Origin: Centroscyllium fabricii
Lineage: Eukaryota
Length of the DNA: 60,303 nt
Assembly (NCBI GenBank): GCA_051313645.2
Contig: JBNRSN020001110.1
Span: forward strand, 1 to 60,303
Direction: 5' to 3'
This document shows positions 38,439-50,476 of the stretch, in pieces; position 1 is the first letter of the stretch; each line of letters starts with the position of its first letter. Under the pieces are notes generated by a model. That model was not told the origin of the DNA, did no database searches, and saw only the letters and a program-made list of their open reading frames with translations. Position numbers and translations under genes: made by a program.

Positions 38439-40491
38439 ATGTGAAGTGAAGAAAGTGGAAGGTGAAGTAAAGTACGATGATGATGAAGAGTCTGAACGAC
38501 TGAATAGGTTAGACGTAACCGAATATGAGCCCCATAACGGTTGGTTATCATAGAATGATAAAAGGAGGGAATGAGAATACAAAGGTCAGTGAAGAAGAAA
38601 CAAGAAACTGTAAAGGCAGCAAAGAAGTAAGAAATTAATCGGATCTCTAGTGGCTAAAATAGCTGGCGCCCACGATGTTGCCCCATGCTGATAAGGAACA
38701 ATGTAGGGCGGCGTGCAGAAATTATGCAGAATCTTAACCGCATCACGTGATCTTTACCTAGCTGTAACTCAATCATAGTATGCAGCTTGCCCAGCTCGAA
38801 ATGCCATAACTGCCAGACAAGGAAACAGCTCGAAATGCCATAACTGCCAGACACGGAAATCAAGTTAAAAGTATACGTGTACAGCTCATGATTGGCGCAG
38901 AATGTATGTTGTGTTAATGCTGTCACAATTCATTTATAAATATGTAGCACGCTGTATGTCAAACTGCTTACTCTGTTGGACTCGTCCGACTCTTGCAGGA
39001 GTCGGTGCCGATATACCAGAGTAAGGCCCCTCGGACAATAAATCTGTTGAACTTTCCAGTTGTATTCGACGCTGAACCAGACTGAGGATAAAAGAATCTG
39101 TATTATCACCTTCGCCATTCCCTGCCCAGACATGACCAGTGCCACGGTCATCAAGTGTCTCTAATCTATTCTGCATGTTTGGTATGCCGAACTACACACA
39201 CAGCGATAGGGGGACGTCCTTCATGAGTGAATCTAAACTGCTCCCAATCCTCAGGTTTACTGCTTTTTCTGGCCAATTTATATGACCTCTCCTTGGATCT
39301 TATGCTATCTCTAATTTCCCTTGTTAGCCACGGTTGAGTCACCTTTTTCATTTTATTTTTATGCCAAACTGGGATGAACAAATTCTGTAGTTCACCAATG
39401 CGATCTTTGAATGTTTGCCATTGCCTATCCACCGTCAACCCTATGAGTGACATTCCCCAATCAATCGTACCCAACTTATGCCTCATAACATCGTAGTCTC
39501 TGAGTCAACTCCTTCGCTCTCCATCTTAATGAAGAATTCTATCATACTGCTCCGACCCAAGGGGCCTCGCACAACAACATTGCTAATTAATCCTTTCTCA
39601 TTACATAATACCCAGTCTAAGATGGCCTGATCTCTAGTTGGTTCCTCGACATATTGTTCCAGAAAACCATCCCGTATACACTCCAGGAATTCCTCCTCCG
39701 CAGTATTGTTACTAATTTGGTTAGCCAAATCTACATGTAGATTAAAGTCTCCCATGATAACTGCTGTGCCCTTATTGCACGCTTCTCTAATTTCCCTATT
39801 CATGCCATCCCTGACCTCCCTCCGCATTACTGTTTGGAGGTCTATATACCACTCGCACCAACGTTTTCTGCCCCTTGGTATTTCTCAGTTCCACCCATAC
39901 AGATTCCACTGCATCAGAGCTAATATCCTTCCTTACAATTGTGTTAATCCCCTCTTTAACCAGCAATGCTACCCCACCTCCTTTACCTGTTTGCTGGTCT
40001 TTCCTGAATATTGAATAACCCTGGATGTTGACTTCCCAGCCTTGGCCATCCTGGAGCCATGTTTCCATAATCCCAATCAGATCATATTCGTTTACCTCTT
40101 TGCGCAGCCAATTCACCCACCTTATTACGAATGCTCCTCGCATTAAGACACAAAGACTTCAGGCCTGTTTTTTTAACGCTCTTAAGTCTTTTAGAGTTAT
40201 TATTTGCTGTGGCCATGTTTGATTTAAACCCTTGATTTCTCAGTCTGCCACTTTTGTTTTTCTCTTTCCTATCTTTTGCTTTTACCCTGGTTTCCCTTTC
40301 CTCTGTCTCCCCGCTCAGGTTCCCAATGCCCTGCCATTTTAGTTTAAACCATCCTCCAGAGTACTAGCAAACACTGCCCCAAGGCATCAGTCCCACCTCC
40401 CCCAGAATCGGTTCCAATGTCCCAGGAATTTGAATCCCTCCCCCTTGCACCATTCCTCCAGCCACGTATTCATTTGAAATATCCTTCTATT

Positions 40492-40875
40492 GGGCGGCAC
40501 GGTGGCTCAGTGGTTAGCACTGTTGTCCCACAGCACTGGAGACCCGGGTTCAAATCCAGCCTCGGGTACTATCTGTGTGGAGTTTGCACATTCTCCCCGT
40601 GTCTGCGTGGGTTTCCTCCGGGTGCTCCGGTTTCCTCCCACAGTCCAAAGATGTGCGGGTTAGGTTGATTGGCCATGATAAATTAACCCTTAGTGTTAGG
40701 GGGATTGAATATGTGGGGTTACGGGGTTACGGCGATAGGGTGGGATATGTGTTGATATAGGGTGAGAGCAGGGGTGAGGTGCTGGGTTTGGATGATCAGC
40801 CATGATCTCATTGAATGGCGGAGCAGGCTCGAAGGGCTGAATAGCCTACTCCTGCTCCTAGTTTCTATGTTTCTA
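40492..40875 (+). mobile_element. Full-length HE1-type V-SINE
   Basis: A box TGGCTCAGTGG, B box GGTTCAAATCC, V-domain, 3' tail shared with the CR1 3' ends in this window. Confidence 0.92.
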
Positions 40876-42327
40876 TTTCTACTCTGACTAGCATGTGGCA
40901 CTGGTAGCAATCCTGAGATTACTACCTTTGAGGTCCTATTTTTTTATTTACCTCCTAACTCCCGAAATTCAGCTTTTTTTTTACCAATATCGTTGGTACC
41001 TATATGCACCACGACAACTGGCTATTCACTCTCCCTTTCCAATATGTTCTGCAGCCGCTCGGAGACAACCTTGACCCTTGCACCAGGGAGGTAACACACC
41101 ATCCTGGAGTCTCATTTGCGGCCGCAGAAATGCCTATCTATTCCCCTTACACCTATCTATTCCCCTTACAATAGAATCCCCCATCACTATAGCTCTCCCA
41201 CTCTTTTTCTTCCCGTCCTGTGCAGCAGAACCACCCCTGGTGCCAGGAAGTTGGCTGCTGCTACCTTCCCGATAGGCCATCCCCTCCATCAGTATCCAAA
41301 GTGGTATATCTGTTTGAAAGGGGGATGATCACAGGGGGCCCCTGCACTACCTGCCTGCGCCTACTACTCTGTCTGTTGGTCACCAATTCCCTTTCTGCCT
41401 GTGCAACCTTTGCCTGTGGTGTGACTAACTCACTAAACGTGTTCTTCACAAAGTCCTCAGCACTGTGAATGCCCCAGAGTGTATTCATTTGCAGCTCCAG
41501 CACCACAACGTGGTCTGTCAGTAGCTGCAGCTGGGTACACTTCCTGCACATATGGTCGTCAGGGACACCGGACGTGTCCCTGATTTCCAACATATCGCAG
41601 GAGGAGCACACTTTGGCGCCAGGCTATCCTGCCATGACTTACCCTTTAATTACTTGAAATTAAATTAAATCCAATCAATCCCACCAATTACCTTATAGTT
41701 AAAGGCCAATAACTGGCCTTTTCCATTGTTATCCTGATTAGCGACTGTGGCCACTCCCAAAATGGAGCGTGCTGGTTCTCTGCCACTACCCAGCTGGTGG
41801 CAGTGGGGCCCAAGGAGTGGAGTCCCACTGTCATCCCTCATTCACCCCTCTGACTGAAGTCTTAATTCACAGTCCAGTTGGAGTCTCATATCTCTGCAGA
41901 ATGCCTGGATGCTGACAACCAATGCTGCTCCACTGGGCGGGTGTTAGGCCCTCATGGTAAGTGGTGGATCCAGAAGATCCCCGATTGCCACATCACTGTT
42001 TGATGGGTCAATTTTTTCTCTCTCTAAGCATGTGCTTCATCACCAAAAGCCCCATTTCCCAGGAGTCAAACACTGAAACCATTAAATCAAAAAGAGGCTC
42101 TTACTAAAAAGCAGCAGGCTTCAGGTGTCTAGATTTTGAAATTCAGAAAACATCAACATATATTTTGGTACAGCAGCACTAAAATTAGCAAGTTGCTTTT
42201 GGATATTGTTAGAATTTGCTGTCTCAGTATTGGGCATACATGATCAAGTATTGCAAGGAATCGCAGAAATTTAATTAAAAGCTACAGTAAGAGAATGCAA
42301 GGACGGGCTTTATGGATCTTTACTTAC

Positions 42328-42417
42328 TGTATTTAAAACTTTGGCTGCATTTTTGTTATGTTTCCCATAGATGGCAAAGTGGAAGCTGCGAGCTCCAGTT
42401 TGATGCACTGCAGGGAC
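42328..42417 (-). CDS. SDHA: SDHA coding exon 2 (mitochondrial targeting region)
   Basis: VPAVHQTGARSFHFAIYGKHNKNAAKVLNT resembles human [38 protein letters not shown] acceptor, GTAAGT donor, 90 nt, phase 0/0. Confidence 0.92.
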
Positions 42418-42785
42418 CTGTGAAAATACAAAACTCAATTAATTAGAAATGGCTGAAGGCCACCAGGCCAAAAAATTAAAGATGAGTACAGTAACATGCA
42501 AAATAAAACCATCTGCAAAACCAATGATAGATCTATACAGCTGTCATGAGTGAAGGCACATTTCAAGTTCCCAGAAAAGGAGATATCTCAAACTCTGCAA
42601 AAAAAAATGGAAGGGGAGAGACTTGCATTCACATGGTGCCTGATCAACCCCCAGAAATGTCTCCAAGTGCTTCCATTATAATCCATTACTTTGTAGTGCA
42701 GTAACACTCATATAGGTATACATTTTGAATCCAACAAGACGTATAACTAGTTCATCTGTTTTTGCTGGTATTGATTTAGGAAGCA

Positions 42786-42975
42786 AAGGTAACCAGAACA
42801 TCCAGAGAAACATAGAAGATAGGAGCAGGAGTAGGCCATTCGGCCCCTCGAGCCTGCTCCGCCATTCAATGAGATCATGGCTGATCATCCAAATTCAGTA
42901 CCCTGTCCCTGCTTTCTCCCCATATCCCTTGATCCCTTTAGCCTTAAGAAATATATCCAACTCTTTCTTGAATTC
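42786..42975 (-). mobile_element. CR1 3' end fragment
   Basis: Matches 22149-22320. Confidence 0.85.
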
Positions 42976-43104
42976 CTTGCTCTTCTTCAAATAGTGCCAC
43001 ACCTCTTAACGCCCATCTGAACCACCAGAAAAGGGAGACTGACCTCAGTTTAGTCAGAAATGTTGCCTCCAACAATACATTCATTCAGAAATAGGAGGAA
43101 TCAG

Positions 43105-43380
43105 GCAGGGTGAATTGCAAGGCGACTAAGATGGATTTGGAGTGCATGTGCGTAAATGCATGGAGCATGGTAAACAAGACTAGTAAGCTGCAGGCACAAC
43201 TAGCCACATGGGATTATGATATAGTGGCAATAGAGAAACCTGGCTCAAACAAAAGGAGGAATGGGCACTTAATATTCCTGGCTATAATGTAATATAAGAT
43301 AGGGAAGGGAAATAGGAGAGGGGTGGCAGTATTGTTCAAAGATACCATTGCAGCACTAGAAAGGGATGATGTACTTGAGG
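43105..43380 (+). mobile_element. Old CR1 ORF2 endonuclease fragment
   Basis: CMCVNAWSMVNK...DYDIVAI...GGVAVL. Confidence 0.7.
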
Positions 43381-43384
43381 GTTG

Positions 43385-43650
43385 ATGATGTGGAGGTGCC
43401 GGTGTTGGACTGGGGTGGACAAATGTTAGAAGTCACACAACACCAGGTTATAGTCCAACGGTTTTATTTGAAATCACAAGCTTTCGGAGCGTTGCTCCTT
43501 CGTTAGGTGAAGTAGAGAGATGCATATAGGCACAGCATATTTAGTCAGAAAACAATGCTGGATGATTACAGGAAATCTTTCCAACTGCCCTTCATCACAT
43601 CTTGGCAGAGAGACATTCATAGCGACCATTCACACCTTTGATTGCTATGA
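43385..43650 (-). mobile_element. Penelope family A pLTR fragment with mutated hammerhead core (CTAACGA)
   Basis: Reverse complement of 35975-36198. Confidence 0.85.
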
Positions 43651-44093
43651 ATGCCAGGGAAACAGTTTCTCCTTACTTAGTCAAAACCCCTCATAATTTT
43701 GATCATTTCTACTAAATCTTCCCTTAACTTTCACTGCTCGAAGAACAATCACAAAGAGCCGGCACAGGTACGATGGGCTGAATGACCTCCTTATCTGCTA
43801 TATAATTCTATAAGTTACTGCACCATCTCAAACACAAAGAAATATATGGCGCCTGGTCACCAGTTTGTCTTCAGCACGATCAGTGGGCATGTGATGCTCT
43901 CAATCTGATGGTGCAGAAGCTTTGGAGCAGGAACCAAATATTTGATACAGCCTTTGAAAAGAACATGGCATCCCCATCCTGCTGAAAGACTGCCTTTTTT
44001 AAGTCTACTGATCTGCTGCTCAACTGAATGCATGATTTTCATCGGATTTACAAACTGCAGTTCTGACAGATCGCAGTTTGCCTTAACATAATA

Positions 44094-44419
44094 CAGGTTG
44101 TGTACCCTCAGGACCAGGCTACTGGACTACTGAAAATGCCAAACCACTGAAGGTTCGGGCAGCGCATGCGCAGACCAGTCAAAATGGCCGCTGCACATGC
44201 GCAAACCAGTCAAAATGGCCGCTGCGCATGCACAGACCAGTCAAAGAGCAAGGGAATGGGATTCGCGGTCCTGGGAAACCCAAACGCCCGCGCCTTCGGC
44301 ACGCACTCACCCTTCCCGGCGAGCGGCTGCTCCGCAAAATGAAGAGCGCCGGTTTCCAATCGTGCCGGACCACTGCAGCTGCCGGACCATCGGGTGCCGG
44401 ATTACTGGTGCTCAACCTG
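44094..44419. mobile_element. Tc1/pogo-type MITE with GC-rich cargo
   Basis: TA flanks; TIR CAGGTTG(T/A)G(T/C)ACC; tandem GCGCATGCGCAGACCAGTCAAAATGGCC units. Confidence 0.75.
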
Positions 44420-44482
44420 TATAACTATTGCAGACGTCTCATCAGTTAAACTGCTGACTACAACAGAGATATTAGAGTCATA

Positions 44483-45236
44483 GGGGGCAAAATTAGTGGC
44501 GCTAAAATGGGCGCGGCGCTAAATTAGCGCCGAGGCGCCTGATATTGGCGTTAGCGCCAGCCTTGCAGATTTCTGCGCTAATTCAGGTGTTGCACGACTT
44601 CCAGGCGGCCAATATTTTGCCGCAAATTGCCGTTCCCGGGCGCAGCGCTCCCTAACCAACTGCTTGCTTCCCCGTGACCTCTGGAGCCGAATAGGTCTTA
44701 AAGGGGTAGGGGAAGCAGAGCAGCAAGTTTTGATCCCCCCTCCCACATCATCTCCCCGATCTCGGGCCGGCCGACTCCCCTCCCCGCTCCCTCATCAGCT
44801 GCTCGATCTCGGGCCGCCCTCCCCCCCTCCCCCATTAACTGCTCGATCTCGGGCCGCCTGACCCCCCTCCCCGCTCCCTTAGCAACTGGCCGACCTGGGG
44901 CCGCCCGACCCCGCTCCCTTAGCAACTGGCTGATCTCGGGCCGAGGAGGGAGGGTCGCCCTTTTAGCAGCGCCGCAGCGGCCACTCAAAGCCGCAGCTGC
45001 GCTTGCCAAAGCTGGCGCTGGCAGTGCGGGGTGGGGTGGACTGGCGCAAAAGCTAATTTCGGGCGCAGCCCGGCGGGCGGGCGCTGCACATACATTTTAA
45101 TGAGGATTGATGATCGCTAATTAGTGCGCGCCAACATTTAGCGCCGGTGCTGGTGAATTTCGCGATCGGTGCTATTTTTGGCATCGGCCCATTATCAGTT
45201 CTAATGGGCCGGCGCTAAAGCGGCAATTTCGCGCCC
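44483..45236. mobile_element. GC-rich PIF/Harbinger-like non-autonomous element inserted in a CR1 3' tail (44472-45448, minus)
   Basis: Termini GGGGGCAAAATT / AATTTCGCGCCC; ATA duplicated on both flanks. Confidence 0.7.
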
Positions 45237-46089
45237 ATAGAGTTTTACAGCACAGAAAGAGGCCCTTCGGCCCATCGCGTCCGTGTCGGCCATCAAGTCC
45301 TGTCTATTCTAATCTCATTTTCCTGCATTTGGTCCGTAGCCTTGTATGCTATGGCATTTCAAGTGCTCATCTAAATGGTTCTTGAATGTTGAGGGTTCCT
45401 GCCTCTACCACCCTTTCAGGCAGTGAGTTCCAGGTTATAGCCACTCTCTGTTTAAAACCTATGTCAAAATGGTAAAGGAATATTGGGCCTGAAGGGGGTT
45501 TAAAGTCAAACCCCCCAGGATTTTGGTTATTTTAGAAGGCATGCTTAAGGCTGGATAAGGGAAGCAGGGTGCAAACAAAGGGATTGGGATGGGCCTCTGT
45601 AAACAGGCAGTTTGGATATTGGCATAAGCCAGGCTGTCTGGGAACGATGGACTGTCTCGGGTCATTTTACATAATGATAAGACCAACAGAGGAGCAGTTC
45701 CCGCCAAAATTACAGAGCCATCCAAAGCGTGCATAATACAGGACATGCCACTCACCAGCAAAAGGGGCCTCACCTCAACAGGAAGAGACAAATCTTACTG
45801 TAATCAACCAAGGATTAAACAGTCATCTTAAGCCAATTTAGGTTTCGATGGACCATCCCGAATGTAATTCACACCAACTTAAACTGGTTAAGATAGATGG
45901 GACCAGCTCAAAACCCATTAAAGAATTCAAAACCTATCAATATTAAGGCATGCATAAACAAACACATAGCCAACCTAAGAAAGAATCAAAGGGGTCCCAC
46001 AGGAAACTCAAACCATCGAGGACATTAAAACAATTTAAATAAAAGATCAACGGCCCCGATACCACTCAAACTAATTACACAACTTAGTA

Positions 46090-46480
46090 CAGGTACACAA
46101 TCCTTTATCCGAAAACCTTGGGACCGGACGGTTATCGGATTTCGGATATTTTCGGTTTTCAGAATGGTCGCATTAACATTAATATTTCTGCATGAACCTT
46201 GTGAATATTCACAAAAAGTGGAATAACTAAAGACTATAAGCAGTTTATAAATACTCTAGTAAAGTTTATTTGTAAAAATATCGGAGATCAGCAGTCGGGT
46301 GCCGTGAGCGTCGGGGCCCGGCGGGTGCCGGGGCCGTCGGGTGCATCGGGGCCTGTGTGGCCGGGCGCATCGAGGCCGTCATGGCCTGAGCGCCAGGTCA
46401 TATTTCGCGTGCAACTCGGGTCATTTGTAATTTCGGTTTTTGGAGGTTTTCGGAGTAGCGGATAAAGGATTGTGTACCTG
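46090..46480. mobile_element. Tc1/pogo-type MITE
   Basis: 22-bp TIR CAGGTACACAATCCTTTATCCG; TA TSD. Confidence 0.92.
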
Positions 46481-46489
46481 TATAATTAG

Positions 46490-46585
46490 AATAACAACAG
46501 AAAATGCTGGAAGTACTCAGCAGGTTAGGCAGCATCCATGGAGAGAGAAACAGAGTTAATGTTTCGGGTTCTGGACCCTTCATCG
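46490..46585 (-). mobile_element. Penelope family B pLTR fragment with damaged hammerhead
   Basis: Minus strand CCGATGA-A-GGGTC-CAG-AACCC-GAAA-CATT. Confidence 0.65.
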
Positions 46586-47060
46586 GTATTTTGCTATTAT
46601 ATTAGTATAATTGGGAGCCTGTTTCAACACAGAGACAGTTGAGTTTAACAAAGACACAAAGTGCAGTTCAAGTTCAAGAAGAGCCATCATCGAGTAACAT
46701 CAAGGAGGGTCAAACATCTCAAGAAGAAAGACAACTCGGGAGTCAGCAGTTACACAGTACAGTTCACTCTTTAGTTTCGACACAGGAGCTCTCACTCTCT
46801 CTCTCTCTGGAAGCAAGAGTTCCGGAAGCAAGTCAACACACAGGGAGAAACCAGAACAACAGCTTCAGTGACACAGGGCATCGACAACTCAGGAGAAAAC
46901 CGAGGATTCGTATGGTGAGCATTATCCCTGGTCCTTTAGAACTTAACTTAGTTAGTAAGGTGGGATTGGGAGGGTGTAGTATTGTGTCCACTGTTATTCT
47001 TCCTCGTGTATGTCGAAGTGTTTCCCCATTATTTTAGAATGACAAGATTATTGTGTTGTA

Positions 47061-47672
47061 CAGGTTGAAGTTCGTTAATCCGGCACCCGAAAAACCGGCA
47101 GCTTCAGTCGTTCGGCACAGATTTTCCCGACTGCATGCGCAGACAATTCAAAATGGCCGCCGTTGGGGCTGGGCTTCCCTTTCACCTAACATATACTCAC
47201 TGGATCCCGGCATAGTGACCACCCCGATGTCGTTGGTGAATCCCAGGGCCAGAAAATGAGCTGTTGCCACCTTTCGCAGGACGCAGTACAGCCAAAACTC
47301 GGCGCCCGGCTCCCCATCGCTACCGGAGGCTGCTGCGTGCTGACGTCACTGCGTTACGAAGCTGCTGTGCGGTGGCATCACGTGAGCCGGGCTTGAGTCG
47401 CGCATTGGGCCTCAGGCCCGCTGGAGCCGTGCAGCCCGCTCCCTGATCCACCATGGGCAGCAGAATCAAGTGCGTCCTGTGAGTTCCACCCGACCCTAGG
47501 GCCGAAAATTACCTTCCAGGTACCGGCGGCGCATGCATAGAGCATTAAAAATTTTGCAGCGGCCATTTTGAATGCCCTGCGCATGCGCTGCCAAAGCTTC
47601 AATCATTCAGCGTTTTCAATAATTCGGCAGGGTGCTGGTCCCAACCCTGCCGGATTAACGAACTTCAACCTG
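47061..47672. mobile_element. Tc1/pogo-type MITE with promoter-like cargo
   Basis: Perfect 25-bp TIR CAGGTTGAAGTTCGTTAATCCGGCA; TA TSD. Confidence 0.92.
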
Positions 47673-48070
47673 TATTTTCTTTTCTCAAATAAAAATCGAA
47701 GTTCTTTTCACCAACTCAGTTGTCTGCTGCAATTTCATTGCAACCCTAAATAAGTCCCAGTCTAGCAAAGGGTGTGGGAGAGAGTCGAACCGCTCAGAAA
47801 TCAGAGGCAAAGCTGACCACAAAACACCACCCCTTACAGAATTGATTACAGTAAGATTTGTCTCTTCCTGCTGAGGTGAGGGCCCCTTTTGCTGGTGAGT
47901 GGCATGTCCTGTATTATGCACGCTTTGGATGGCTCTGTAATTTTGGTGGGAACTGCTCCTCTGTTGGTCTTTTATCATTATGTAAAATGATCCAAGACAG
48001 TCCATCGTTCCCAGACAGCCTGGCTTATGCCAATATGCAAACTGCCTGTTTACAACGGCCCATCCCAATC

Positions 48071-48787
48071 TCAAGAAAACTAAGGAGATCATAGTGGACT
48101 TCCGGAGGACTGGAAGCAGAAGACACACCCCCATCTTCATCCAAGGGGCTGAGGTGGAAAGGGTGTCCAGCTTCAAGTTCCTCGGGGTCCACATCTCGGA
48201 AGACCTCTCCTGGTCACTAAACACCTCCTCTCTGATTAAGAAGGCCCAACAGCACCTGTACTTCCTAAGGAAGCTGAAGAAAGCCAGGCTGTCATCCGGC
48301 ATCCTCTCCAACTTCTACCGCTGCACAATCGAAAGCATACTGACAAGCTGCATCACAGTCTGGTATGGAAATTGCACCATCTCAGACCGGAAGACCCTGC
48401 AGCGGGTAGTCAAAACTGCCCAACGAATCACCAGTACCCAGCTACCGTCAATGGATAGCATCTACCTCAAACGCTGCCTACGGAGGTCTCTGAACATTAT
48501 TAAAGACCCCACACACCCCAGCCACAGTCTGTTCGCCCCCCTGCCCTCCGGGAGACGCTACAGATCAATTCGCACCCGCACAACTAGATTTAAGGATAGC
48601 TTCTTCCCCAGGGCTGTCAGCCTCCTGAACTCTAAAAATAAACTCCGGTACCTGCACACCTGAAAATGTACTTTACTGTATGCATTTGCATGTAATTTAT
48701 TTGCACTACTCTCGGGAGCATCGAGTCTTCGTCTCGTTGTATTGTACTAGTACTCTGCAATGACAATAAAACTTGAATTGAATTGAA
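48071..48787 (+). mobile_element. 5'-truncated Rex1/Babar-type LINE
   Basis: Open 189-aa RT C-terminal ORF 48094-48663; AATAAA plus (TTGAA)n tail. Confidence 0.88.
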
Positions 48788-49048
48788 TTGTTTGCACCCT
48801 GCTTACCTTTTCCAGGCTTAAGCATGCCTTCTAAAATAACCAAAATCCTGGGGGGTTTGACTTTAAACCCCCTTCAGGCCCCAATATTCCTTTACCATTT
48901 TGACATAGGTTTTAAACAGTCTATAAATCTCTTCTTTATGGTAAATCTTCCTGTTTGTGGGATCCTCAGAATTTTGAGAATCTTACACTACTGAGACCCC
49001 AGTAACTAGTATCACTTACATAACTCACACTGGTCACATTAATCAGTA

Positions 49049-49335
49049 CACAGAAACACAGAAGATAGGAGCAGGAGTAGGCCATTCGGCCCTTCCAGCC
49101 TGCTCCACCATTTTTTTTGATCAGATCATGGCTGATCAGCCAAACCCAGCACCCCCCTCCTACCCTCTCCCCATATCCCCCGACACCCCCAACACTAAGA
49201 ACTATATCTCACACACATACTCATGGGCAATTTTTTTTTTTAGTATCTCCAATTCGCCTAACCTGCGTGTCTTTGGGTGCTGGGAGGAAACCGGAGTAGC
49301 TGGAGGAAACCCACGCGAACACGGGGAGAACATAC
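49049..49335 (-). mobile_element. HE1-type V-SINE, second subfamily, truncated
   Basis: Reverse complement of 21585-21861. Confidence 0.85.
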
Positions 49336-49939
49336 AATCCTGACCTCCAGTAACTAATATCACTAAAATACTCACAAAATACAATGACTAGGATAAAACT
49401 GATCTCCAGCAACTAGTATCACTGATATATCTCTCACTCGTTACACTGACCAGAGGGATAAATATAGCGGGAATGGTAGTACACTGGTTATGTTACTGGA
49501 CTAGTAATCCAGAGGCCTGGACTAATGATCCGGGTGGCACGGTGGCTAGCACTGTTGCCTCACAGCACTAGAGACCCGGGTGCGTGGGTTTCCTCCGGGT
49601 GCTCCGGTTTCCTCCCACAGTCCAAAGATGTGCGGGTTAGGTTGATTGGCCATGATAAATTGACCCTTAGTGTTAGGGGGATTGAATATGTGGGGTTACG
49701 GGGATAGGGTGGGATATGTGTCGGTGCAGGCTCGATAGGGGTCGAGGGATATGGGGAGAGGGCAGAGGCGGGGTACTGGGTTTGGATGATCAGCCATGAT
49801 CTCATTGAATGGCGGAGCAGGCTCGAAGGGCCGAATGGCCTACTCCTGCTCCTATCTTCTGTGTTTCTGTGAGATAACAACAGAAAACGCTGCAGAAACT
49901 CAGCAGGCCAGGCAGCATCGGTGGAGAGAGGAACAGAGT

Positions 49940-49972
49940 GAACATTTCAGGTCGATGACCTTTCTTCAGGAC
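49940..49972 (-). ncRNA. Minimal hammerhead ribozyme motif
   Basis: Minus strand CTGAAGA-A-AGGTC-ATC-GACCT-GAAA-TGTT. Confidence 0.6.
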
Positions 49973-50147
49973 TGGAGAAGCCGGGAGGGGGGATAGATTT
50001 TAAAGCTTGTAGGGGCTGGGAAAAAGCGGGTGGGGGGGGGGGGGGCTGAAAGAACAAATGATCCGGAGAGACGAGTTCAAATCCCACCAGTTAATTAAAT
50101 AAATCTGGAATGAAAAGCTAGCATCAGTAATGGTGACAATGTAACTA

Positions 50148-50476
50148 CAGGTCCGGCACCGTTAATCCGGAAACTTCAGTTGTTCGGAACAAATCCAGCC
50201 GACTGGTCTGCGAATGCGCAAAATGGCCGCCGCACTTGGCTGCGTATGCGTAAAATGGCCACCGCGCTTGGCTGCGTATGTGTAAAATGGCCACCGCACT
50301 TGGCTGCGCATGCCCGGGCCTCTCCCCGAACGATTGATGCTTCGGCGAGCGCATGCACAGACCATTCAAAATGGCTGCCAAAGGCATGCGCTTGCCGAAG
50401 CTTCAATCGTTCAGATTTTTCACGAATCCGGCACCAGCCTAATCCCGCCGGTGCCTGATTAACGGTGTCGGACCTG
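50148..50476. mobile_element. Tc1/pogo-type MITE
   Basis: TA flanks; TIR CAGGTCCG(G/A)CACCGTTAATC; internal 31-bp tandem units. Confidence 0.88.

Larger units (their letters stand above)
33451..39223 (+). mobile_element. ERV 3' half (gamma/epsilon-like): integrase, env, PPT, 3' LTR (38572-39223)
   Basis: IN motifs HxxxH, SDNGPHF, AYRPQAAG, PRWEGPY; PPT AAAAGGAGGGAA; LTR TG...CA with TATAAA and AATAAA. Confidence 0.9.
22149..41700 (-). mobile_element. Degenerate near full-length CR1 (ORF1 start 41635; ORF2 pieces 39230-40190, 32230-32345, 26469-27082, 22241-23247) hosting nested elements
   Basis: ORF1, APE, RT and 3' tail pieces are collinear once insertions are removed. Confidence 0.9.
45448..48919. 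repeat. Long inverted repeat pair of about 360 bp (45448-45807 and 47842-48919, right arm split by a LINE) around an LTR-like segment
   Basis: Arms are reverse complements by direct reading; 45449-47838 runs TG...CA with AATAAA near 47688. Confidence 0.85.

Noticed and set aside
19419-39223. One provirus spanning both ERV LTRs
   Set aside because: The LTRs are not recognisably homologous, and the 3' half lies inside a CR1 that starts well after the 5' piece.
40492-40565. tRNA gene
   Set aside because: Head of an HE1-type SINE that continues into the V-domain and CR1 tail.
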